A DNA stretch of 64,000 bases from an uncultured Actinomycetes bacterium (GTDB lineage: Bacteria > Actinomycetota > UBA4738 > HRBIN12). Positions 38,155-45,785 of the stretch are shown one piece after another. A model generated the notes under the pieces. It had not been told where the DNA came from. It worked only from the letters and a program-made list of their open reading frames with translations, and made no database searches. The stretch spans positions 216,027 to 280,026 of the forward strand of contig CAWEPH010000004.1 in assembly GCA_963810915.1 (NCBI GenBank). The letters run 5' to 3'. The number at the start of each line of letters is the position of its first letter. Position 1 is the stretch's first letter. Position numbers and translations under genes: made by a program.

Positions 38155-38424
38155 CGGTCGCTCACCGCCCTCGCGCCGCTCGTCGTCCGCATGGGTCCGG
38201 AGGGTACGCGGGGCGGGTGGACCTGGCAAAATGACAGGAGTCCGCACGCGGCCCCTACCCGGCTTCGTCGAGGTCCCGATGGTTGCCTCGATCGCCATCT
38301 CCGCTGCGCCACCGCGAATCCGGGCCCAGGGCGTCGCCTGCCGCGCGAAAAGGCTTAACTCCAGCTTGGAGGGGACCTAAGGCAGGGTTGGGGCCGAGAC
38401 GGGCCGAATCGCTCCTCGTTGCTC

Positions 38425-38430
38425 TAGGCT
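38425..38430 (+). promoter_or_regulatory. -10-like hexamer TAGGCT, 6 nt before GTG 38437 (leaderless candidate)
   Basis: TANNNT box directly upstream of the start codon. Confidence 0.3.
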
Positions 38431-38436
38431 TATCGG

Positions 38437-39505
38437 GTGCTGAGGTTCCTGTGGATCGGGTTGGCGGCGGTCATCGCGCTGAACGTGCTGTTCGTGGCGT
38501 GGCTCGCCTTCCTGTCGATGCTGCAGCGTCGCCGTCGGCCGGAAGAGCCCGCGAACGTCCGCGAGTTCCCCAGGACGCACACCGTGCCTCCTCTGATGGA
38601 TCGACACGCGACCCGACGCGTCGTGGGCGCCGCGACCCTAGTCGCCATGCTCTTCGCGGGCACGGCGTTCGCCAGCCCGCACGCTCGCCAGGTCGCGGCG
38701 TCCGTGCTGGACTCGGTCGCCCGCGGCTTACAGATCGGCCCCAGCGAGCAGGCAAGCGTACGCGGCGGCCCCGGTGGGGGCGGCCGCCGAATCGAAACAC
38801 ACCGACCTGGGCCCGACGACCCCAGCCGCGCCGTCGCGCGGGTCCGGGGCGCCCGCCTCGTCCTCGGCCGTCCACGGCGGCGGGGGTCACGGAACGCACA
38901 CCGCCGGCCACCCTCCTGCGATCCCGACCGCAGTCACCGCCTCCGCCGTATCCTCCACGGCCATCTCGATCGGCTGGTCCGACGTGGCCGCGGAGACCGG
39001 GTATCGCATCGAGCGCTCGAAGGACGGAGCCACGGACTGGATGCAGCTGGACACCACGTCGGGGGGCACCACTACGTACAGCGACAACGGGCTCGACCAG
39101 GGCACGACCTACTTCTATCGGGTGGTCGCGAGGAACGCGGTCGGCGAGTCGGCGCCTTCGGACATCGCCTCGGCCACGACCAGCACGGATCCGGCGAGCC
39201 CCACCACCGTCACCGCCTCCCCGCTCACCTCGTCCTCGATCGGGCTGAACTGGGCGAACGTCGCGTCCGAGACCGGGTATCGCGTGGAGCGCTCGGCCGA
39301 CGGCGTGAGCGGATGGGTCGTCCTCACGACCACGGGCCAGGACGTGACCGCCTACACGGACGCGGGCCTGCAGGCGGGCACCACGTACTACTACCGGGTC
39401 TTCGCGACGAACGCGGGCGGGGATTCGCCTTCCTCCGACGTGGTCTCGGCCACCACGACCGTCGACGCTCCCAGCCCTGCCGCGGTACTCCCGACGTCTC
39501 CGTGA
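38437..39505 (+). pseudogene. Membrane-anchored/secreted protein with two fibronectin type III domains, apparent frameshift near 38765-38785
   Basis: Frame 1 encodes a TM helix plus a signal-like segment (VVGAATLVAMLFAGTAFASP) and then turns into Arg-rich junk. Frame 2 from 38774 encodes two clean FN3 repeats (ISIGWSDVAAETGYRIERS..YFYRVVA and IGLNWANVASETGYRVERS..YYYRVFA) but has no signal peptide. Confidence 0.6.
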
Positions 39506-39553
39506 CAGCGCGAGCGGTCAAGGATCCGTCCATCGCGGCCGACCATTAGCGGC

Positions 39554-40276
39554 ATGGACCCGCGCCCCCTCCTCACGGCCGACCAAGCCCGACGCGCCAT
39601 CTACCTCGACGTCGAGGGTCGCCCCCACGAGGCTCCCGTGCTGCTCGGAACGCTGTGGGTCTCTCGGCAGGGTCAAGATCCGATGCTCCGGCGCCACGTC
39701 GTGGATCCGGCGTTCGCCTCGGCGGCCGTCGCCACGGGCCTCGGCCGGTCGTCGCTGCGCGGCGAGATCCGATCGCTCGTGGGACGGGCAGAGCGCCAAC
39801 ACCGCGTCCTGGTGGGTTGGAGCGAGCACGAGGTGCGCGTGGTGCGCGCCTACGCTCCCGAGTTCGCCGACGCCTTCGACGATCTGTACCGGGATGCGCG
39901 CGCGCTCGCCCGCCGGTGGCGGAAGAAGATCCACCCCGACTACGAGGTGCTCCGCGACGCGCGGGGCCGCAAGCACAGCCTCGCGGCCTACCTGTCGCTC
40001 GCGGGCTACGACCTCCCGCCGGAGTACGCCGGCGGCCACGTGGGCAAGACGATCCGTTCACTGCGCGACGCGCTGGAGCTCAAGGGGTCCTACGACGCCG
40101 TAGGGCCGAAGTTGCAGGTGCGCTGGCTCGAGGTCCTCGGACACAACGAGCACGATCTGCGTGCCACGCGCGCCATCTGTCTCGCCGCGCTCGGCGAGCT
40201 GGCGGACACGGAGCTGCGGAACCGGCGCGAGCGGAAGAAGCGCCGCAAGGGGTCCGCGCGCCGCGCGGTCGCCTGA
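39554..40276 (+). CDS. Hypothetical protein, possible RNase H-like fold
   Basis: 240 aa. IYLDVEG near the N-terminus and HNEHDLRAT near the C-terminus weakly resemble DEDD/RNase H-like exonuclease motifs. Basic tail. Confidence 0.45.
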   Translation: MDPRPLLTADQARRAIYLDVEGRPHEAPVLLGTLWVSRQGQDPMLRRHVVDPAFASAAVATGLGRSSLRGEIRSLVGRAERQHRVLVGWSEHEVRVVRAYAPEFADAFDDLYRDARALARRWRKKIHPDYEVLRDARGRKHSLAAYLSLAGYDLPPEYAGGHVGKTIRSLRDALELKGSYDAVGPKLQVRWLEVLGHNEHDLRATRAICLAALGELADTELRNRRERKKRRKGSARRAVA

Positions 40277-40286
40277 GCCGTCGGGC

Positions 40287-41300
40287 CTAGCCCCGGTATC
40301 GCGCCACGAGCCTGGTGAACGCCCAGGGCTGCTGGCGGATGCCACTGCAGGCATCCCCGCTCCGGAGCCCTCCGCACGGTCTGTCGCGGTTCAGTGACCA
40401 GAACGTGAATCGCGCCAGGTGGTGGGCACGCACGTAGCGCAGCATCGTGCGGAAGTCGCGGAGCCTCACCGTCTCGTCGGCCTCGTCGGTCTGCCCGTTC
40501 ATCGAGGAGATCCCCATGCTTCGGTAGGCCGTGCGCGCGCCCATGCCGTAGGCCGTCATGAGATCCGCCTTCAGGCCCTCGGCCGCCCGGACCGAGACGT
40601 GGCCCATGTCGCGGATCGGCCGGCCGAAGTCGAACGGCATGATCGTCCACCCGTCCACGATGAGCCCGGCCGCGGCGGCCCTCGTGATCAGATCCCGGGC
40701 CGGCCCGTCGGGTCCGTCGGTCGCGGTCCCGATCGTCACGTAGATCTCGATGGGGCGTGTCTCATCCGCGCGCACCAGGTTCAGCGCGTCCACGACCCGC
40801 TGACGCACGGTGCCCGTGGCGATCTCCGTGTGTTCGATATCGATGTCGATCGCCTTCAGCCGATAAGCGTCGATCACCTTCTCGTACGCCCCCGCGAGCG
40901 CGGCCGGAGTGGCACACCGCTCGCCGAGTTTCTGACCGCTCCAGCCGCCGAAGCTCACCACGACGTCGCCGCCCGCCCTGCGGATCGCGTGGATCGTGGC
41001 GAGATCACGCCCGCCCCGGAGCGGTCGCTCGCCGTCCCACATCGGCCGGCACCCGCCGTCGGACAGAACGAACGCCAGCGTGAAGTCCCGCACGCCCGTG
41101 CGGTGCATCACCTTCATCGCCGACGGGGGCCGACCCCACCCCAGGTACAGGTATGGCGCGACCCTCCCCGCAGGCCTCCGAGCCTGCGCGCCGTCGTACC
41201 GCGGAAGGGAGACCGCGGACGGCCCCGACGGGGCCACGCTCATCGCGAGCGCGACCGCGAGCGCGAGCCCCAGCATCACGACGATGGATCGGTGGCGCAT
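40287..41300 (-). CDS. Secreted GH18 (chitinase-like) glycoside hydrolase
   Basis: GGAGGAG lies upstream of ATG 41300. Signal peptide. FGGW and the catalytic AIDIDIEH (DxxDxDxE) motif. Confidence 0.8.
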   Translation of the reverse strand: MRHRSIVVMLGLALAVALAMSVAPSGPSAVSLPRYDGAQARRPAGRVAPYLYLGWGRPPSAMKVMHRTGVRDFTLAFVLSDGGCRPMWDGERPLRGGRDLATIHAIRRAGGDVVVSFGGWSGQKLGERCATPAALAGAYEKVIDAYRLKAIDIDIEHTEIATGTVRQRVVDALNLVRADETRPIEIYVTIGTATDGPDGPARDLITRAAAAGLIVDGWTIMPFDFGRPIRDMGHVSVRAAEGLKADLMTAYGMGARTAYRSMGISSMNGQTDEADETVRLRDFRTMLRYVRAHHLARFTFWSLNRDRPCGGLRSGDACSGIRQQPWAFTRLVARYRG

Positions 41301-41451
41301 GACGGCTCCTCCGGGTCGGGAAGCGTGCATCGTAGCGAGGCGCTCAACGTCCGGCGAGCAGGTCGGCGACCACGCGTCGACGGAGGAACGCATCGCGGCG
41401 CCCGCGTGGCCGGCGCGTTCGTGTCGGTGGCGGTGTGCAAGATGCAGGGAC

Positions 41452-42249
41452 ATGACGACCTCCCCCGGAGCGATCGCGCGAGCGATCGGACTCGCGACGT
41501 TGATGCTGACGGCCTGCACCCTCACGAGGTCCGTGCCCTCCGATCCGACGGCGCCCCCGACGCCGGCCACACGGATACATCCGGCCTCCGTCGTCGCGTC
41601 GTCTTCAGCGCCTCGTGGCGAAGACGGCGCGGCGAGCCGGTCGGGCTCCGATGGGACCTTCGGTGCTGATCCCATCCCCGGGGCGTCCGCGCTCGTCGTC
41701 TCCACGGTCGACGGCGACACCGTCCACGTGCGCTATCACGGACGCACCCTCGACGTCCGCCTGATCGGCGTCGACACGCCGGAGACGGTCGATCCGTCGC
41801 AACCGGTCCAGTGCTTCGGGGAGGCCGCCTCTCGATTCACGGCGCGTCGGCTCACCGGCCGCCGGATCCATCTGGAGTTCGACGTGGAACGCCGCGACCG
41901 CTACGGACGCACCCTCGCCTACGTGTGGCTCGGCGACCGCCTCTTCAACCGGCGGCTGGTGGCCGGAGGCTACGCCACGGTCAGCACGTACCCCCCCGAC
42001 GTGCGATACGTCGCCCGGTTCGAAGCGGCGCAGCGCGCGGCGCGCGCGGCGCACCGCGGCCTCTGGCACGCGTGCGCTGCGGGTCACGGGAGCGGCCGAC
42101 GCTGCGATCCCGCCTACCCGGGCGTGTGCATCCCCTCGCCACCTCCCGACCTCGACTGCGCCGACGTCCGCTTCCATGACTTCCGCGTGCTGCCGCCGGA
42201 TCCGCAGAACTTCGACGGGGACCGGAACGGCCGCGGCTGCGAGACGTGA
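41452..42249 (+). CDS. Thermonuclease (SNase) family lipoprotein with Cys-rich C-terminal tail
   Basis: Lipobox LMLTAC. VDGDTVHV..VRLIGVDTPE...RYGRTLAYV is the SNase core. The C-terminal CDP..C..PPPDLDC..GDRNGRGCE tail is excalibur-like. Confidence 0.85.
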   Translation: MTTSPGAIARAIGLATLMLTACTLTRSVPSDPTAPPTPATRIHPASVVASSSAPRGEDGAASRSGSDGTFGADPIPGASALVVSTVDGDTVHVRYHGRTLDVRLIGVDTPETVDPSQPVQCFGEAASRFTARRLTGRRIHLEFDVERRDRYGRTLAYVWLGDRLFNRRLVAGGYATVSTYPPDVRYVARFEAAQRAARAAHRGLWHACAAGHGSGRRCDPAYPGVCIPSPPPDLDCADVRFHDFRVLPPDPQNFDGDRNGRGCET

Positions 42250-42303
42250 GTACCGAACGGTCGCCGGGTGGAGCGCCCGGTCGCCCGGTACCCTTCCTCG
42301 GCG

Positions 42304-42867
42304 ATGCGTGTCGACACCCATCTGGAACCCATCCTCACCGAACGCCTGCGCTTGCGACGCTCGATGCCCGAGGACGCCGGGGACATCTCGGCATATCGCA
42401 GCGATCCCGACGTCCATCGTTATCAGGGCTGGGAGCGGACGGACCCCGCGGGGATCCGGGCCGAGATCGAGGCGATGGCCGCACGCGTGCCCGGCGAGAA
42501 CGGGGGCTGGGTGCAGTTCTCGGTGGAGGAGCGCGAACGCGGCCGCCTCGTGGGCGACGTCGGGCTGAGTCCGGCCGAGGAGGAGCCGGGCGTGATCAAG
42601 GTCGGCTACACGATCGCCCCGGCGTTCCAGGGTCGCGGCTACGCGACCGAGGCGGTGGGCGCGCTCGTGCGGTACGCGTTCGACGTGCTGGAGGCCGATG
42701 TGGTGCGCGCGTACGCGAGCGCCGAGAACGTCCCGTCGATCCGCGTGGCAGAGAAGGTGGGCATGCGCCTCATGGAGCGCTTCGAGCATCGTTACGAGGA
42801 CGAGGTCTGGTTCGGCGTGCGGTACGAGATCGCCCGGGCCGATCGCGTCGTGGGCCGGGGGGAGTAG
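42304..42867 (+). CDS. GNAT N-acetyltransferase (RimJ/RimL-like)
   Basis: LTERLRLRR N-terminus and QGRGYATEAVGALVRYAF. An alternative start is GTG 42268. Confidence 0.8.
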   Translation: MRVDTHLEPILTERLRLRRSMPEDAGDISAYRSDPDVHRYQGWERTDPAGIRAEIEAMAARVPGENGGWVQFSVEERERGRLVGDVGLSPAEEEPGVIKVGYTIAPAFQGRGYATEAVGALVRYAFDVLEADVVRAYASAENVPSIRVAEKVGMRLMERFEHRYEDEVWFGVRYEIARADRVVGRGE

Positions 42868-42869
42868 AC

Positions 42870-43289
42870 GTGTCCGACAGTGGAGACTGGAACACGAGCA
42901 TCGTCGAGGAGTTCCACGCCAATCACGGGAAGGTCGGCGGGATGTTCGAGGGGAAACCGATCCTGCTCCTCACCCATACGGGAGCCAGAACGGGCACGGT
43001 GCGCACGAATCCGTTGATGTACCTGTCCGACGGCGATCGATACGTCGTATTCGCCTCAAAGGGTGGTGCTCCGAGCCACCCGGACTGGTACCGCAACCTG
43101 AAGGCCCATCCCAAGGTCACCGTCGAGGTCGGGGACGAGTCGTTCCCCGCCGTCGCGACCGAGGTCACGGGCGAGGAGCGCGACGCCCTCTACGCTGAGC
43201 AAGCCACGCGCCACCCGCAGTTCGCGCAGTACCAGGCCAACACGGATCGCCTGATCCCGGTCATGGTCCTCGAGCGGACCGACCGCTAG
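42870..43289 (+). CDS. Deazaflavin (F420)-dependent nitroreductase family (DDN-like) oxidoreductase
   Basis: NTSIVEEFHANHGKVGG..LLLTHTGARTGTVRTNPLMY..HPDWYRNL is the family signature. GTG lies 3 nt after the previous stop. Confidence 0.8.
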   Translation: MSDSGDWNTSIVEEFHANHGKVGGMFEGKPILLLTHTGARTGTVRTNPLMYLSDGDRYVVFASKGGAPSHPDWYRNLKAHPKVTVEVGDESFPAVATEVTGEERDALYAEQATRHPQFAQYQANTDRLIPVMVLERTDR

Positions 43290-43316
43290 CGCAGCCGGCG
43301 AACCGGCAGGACACGG

Positions 43317-43348
43317 CGAACGCCGCCCGGCGGGCCGGGCGGCGTTCG
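43317..43348. terminator. Bidirectional intrinsic-terminator-like hairpin
   Basis: CGAACGCCGCCCGG-cggg-CCGGGCGGCGTTCG (14 bp perfect stem), between convergent genes. Confidence 0.6.
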
Positions 43349-43369
43349 TGGTTCCCTCGGTCTCGAGTC

Positions 43370-43957
43370 TCAGGCGTTCGCGGTCGCGAACTCCTTCTTC
43401 TCGTCCGACTCGGGGATCGTCACCTTGCCGACCTTGCTCGCGTGCACGAACCCGAGGATCGCCAACACCAGCAGGACGATGCCCGCGCCGACCAGGACAT
43501 AGCCCGCGTACAGGGCGATCGTCGCCACGGTCCACCAGCCGTAGGCGTTCAACATGATCGAACGGAGCGTCTCACCCTTGAACAGGGTGTCCGCCTTCTC
43601 GGACAGATCCGCGGCCACCTTGGGGTCCAGTCCCTCGACGCGCGCGGCGGCGCTCGTCTCCGCGTAGGTCTTGCCGTCGTTGATGAACACGAGGTGTCCG
43701 GCGATGTAGCGCGCGAAGGCCTCCGCCTGCGGGCCCGTCGTGACCTGCTGTCCCGCGAACTCACCAACGGACTGCTGCTCCTCGGGGCTCATCGCGTCGT
43801 ACGGCGCGAAGGTGACGTTCTCCGGCTCGAGCCGGTCGCGCACGTTGTTCTGCCCGAAGTTCCCGCCGTAGATCGCGAGCCCGCCCACGACGATCAGGGC
43901 GATGGCAACCACGAGGGCGGCGGTGCTGACCAGTCGGTCCCACGCCTTCCTCTCCAT
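43370..43957 (-). CDS. Hypothetical membrane protein (N- and C-terminal TM helices)
   Basis: 195 aa with coding-like composition. TM at residues 10-30 and two helices near the C-terminus. Confidence 0.65.
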   Translation of the reverse strand: MERKAWDRLVSTAALVVAIALIVVGGLAIYGGNFGQNNVRDRLEPENVTFAPYDAMSPEEQQSVGEFAGQQVTTGPQAEAFARYIAGHLVFINDGKTYAETSAAARVEGLDPKVAADLSEKADTLFKGETLRSIMLNAYGWWTVATIALYAGYVLVGAGIVLLVLAILGFVHASKVGKVTIPESDEKKEFATANA

Positions 43958-44161
43958 GACGTACCCCTTTCCTCCACTCCCGCGCTCTCATCGCGCGGAA
44001 CATGGGCATAGAGTCCTCGCTCACGTGGCCCCAGACATGGTCCGAGCGGCTCCATCCCCGCGGGACCTGCCCAGCTCGGGCGGGACTAAGGTCCCGACCG
44101 CCCGACGGGCTTCTTCACCCGATCGTTACACGCAGGACCCCTTCCCCGGCCCGGCGGTCGG

Positions 44162-44167
44162 TAGGCT
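44162..44167 (+). promoter_or_regulatory. -10-like hexamer TAGGCT, 6 nt before ATG 44174 (leaderless candidate)
   Basis: TANNNT box directly upstream of the start codon. Confidence 0.35.
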
Positions 44168-44173
44168 CGATGC

Positions 44174-44629
44174 ATGCAGAACGAGCTCAACGAGATCGGT
44201 GTACCGGGTGGTTCCAACCGCAGGGCCGTGCTGGCTCTCGTCGCCCACGACGGGAAGAAGGACGACCTCCTGCGTCTCGCGAACCAGCACCGGACGACGC
44301 TCGCACGACTGCACCTCCTTGCCACCGCCCACACGGGTGGTCAGCTCGTCGACGAGCTCGGGCTCTCGGTCGAGCGCATGCGCAGCGGTCCCGAAGGCGG
44401 CGATATGCAGATCGGCGCACGCATCGTCGAGGGCGACGTCGACGCCGTCGTGTTCCTGCGGGATCCGCTCACGGCCCATCCGCACGAGCCGGACATCCAG
44501 GCGCTCCTGAAGGTGTGTGACGTGCACGGCGTGCCCGTCGCCACCAACCCGGCGTCGGCCGAGATCCTGCTGCGGTCGCTGGCCCAGGCCACGTACTGGG
44601 GTCGCGACGCCGCGGCCATCCACTCCTGA
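44174..44629 (+). CDS. mgsA: Methylglyoxal synthase
   Basis: LALVAHDGKKDDL, ATAHTGG, GPEGGDMQIGA and DPLTAHPHEPDIQALL. Confidence 0.9.
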   Translation: MQNELNEIGVPGGSNRRAVLALVAHDGKKDDLLRLANQHRTTLARLHLLATAHTGGQLVDELGLSVERMRSGPEGGDMQIGARIVEGDVDAVVFLRDPLTAHPHEPDIQALLKVCDVHGVPVATNPASAEILLRSLAQATYWGRDAAAIHS

Positions 44630-44640
44630 CGGGGGGGCCG

Positions 44641-45659
44641 TCAGCCCTCGTCAACCACGAGCGCGAGCGCGCCGCGCACCGCGCCGGAGCGCAGCACCGC
44701 GAGCGCCTCGTTCGCCGCATGCAGCGGGAACGCGCGCACGTGTGTGCGAACCGGCACCGTGGGCGCGAACGCGAGGAACTCCACCCCGTCGGCGCGCGTG
44801 AGGTTGGCCACGGAGCGGATCACCCGCTCGTGCCACAGCAGGTCGTACGGGAACGAGGGGATATCGCTCATGTGGATCTCCGCACATACGACGCTGCCGC
44901 CGGGCGCCACGGCGCTCAATGCGGCGGGAACGAGCTCGCCCGCCGCCGCGAACAGGATGGCCGCGTCGAGGGCGGCCGGAGGCCGATCACCCGAGCTTCC
45001 GGCCCAGACGGCGCCCACCTCCAGCGCGAAGGCTTGCGCACTCCGGTCGCCCTCGCGGGTGAACGCGAAGACCTCACGTCCCTGGTGGCGTGCCACCTGG
45101 GTCAGGATGTGCGCCGCCGCACCGAAGCCGTAGATCCCGAGGCGCGCGCCGGCACCGGCGAGCTTCAGCGCGCGCCAGCCGATCAACCCGGCGCACAGGA
45201 GCGGAGCGGCCTGGAGGTCGGGGTAGCCCTCGGGGATCGGGAAGCAGAAGCGGGCGTCGGCGACCGTCTCCCGCGCGTAGCCCCCGTCCACCTGGTAGCC
45301 CGTGAAGCGTCGCTTCGGTGCAGAGGTTCTCACGACCGCTGAGACAGAACGGAGCAGGCTCCGCACGTCCAGCCGAGCCACGGCACGCCCACCCGAGCGC
45401 CGATCTCGAGATCGTCGACGCCGGCGCCCACGGCGTCCACCACGCCGACGATCTGGTGGCCGGGCACGAGCGGGAGGGCGGGATCGGGAAGGTCGCCGTC
45501 GATCACGTGGAGGTCGGTGCGGCAGATCCCGCAGGTCCGCACGCGCAGCCGCACCTGGCCCGGACCGGGCTCGACCGATCCCTGCGCCTCGGGGATCAAC
45601 GGGCCCCCGCGCCCCCGTAGCACCATCGCGTCGACCGTGGCATCCATCTCCGCATCCAC
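44641..45659 (-). pseudogene. Zn-dependent alcohol dehydrogenase with two +1 frameshifts (extra bases at about 45350 and about 45310)
   Basis: Three frames join into a colinear canonical sequence: ..VPWLGWTCGACS | FCLSGRENLCTEA | RFTGYQVDGGYARETV... The N-terminus has CGICRTDLH and GHQIVG. The C-terminus has a Rossmann motif IYGFGAAAH. Confidence 0.75.
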
Positions 45660-45785
45660 GGTAGCGTCGGGCGGACGGATCTCGCTGAGGGTGCGCGCCG
45701 ACGGTGGTGCATCGGGAGTCGCCCACGCACGGCCCCGACGCAGGAACTGACGTACATATGTTCAGGGCCGACCGACCGAGGGGCG

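Noticed and set aside
40996-41451. Upstream extension of the thermonuclease ORF.
   Set aside because: It overlaps the GH18 gene on the other strand and is Arg/Pro-rich. The lipoprotein signal starts at ATG 41452.
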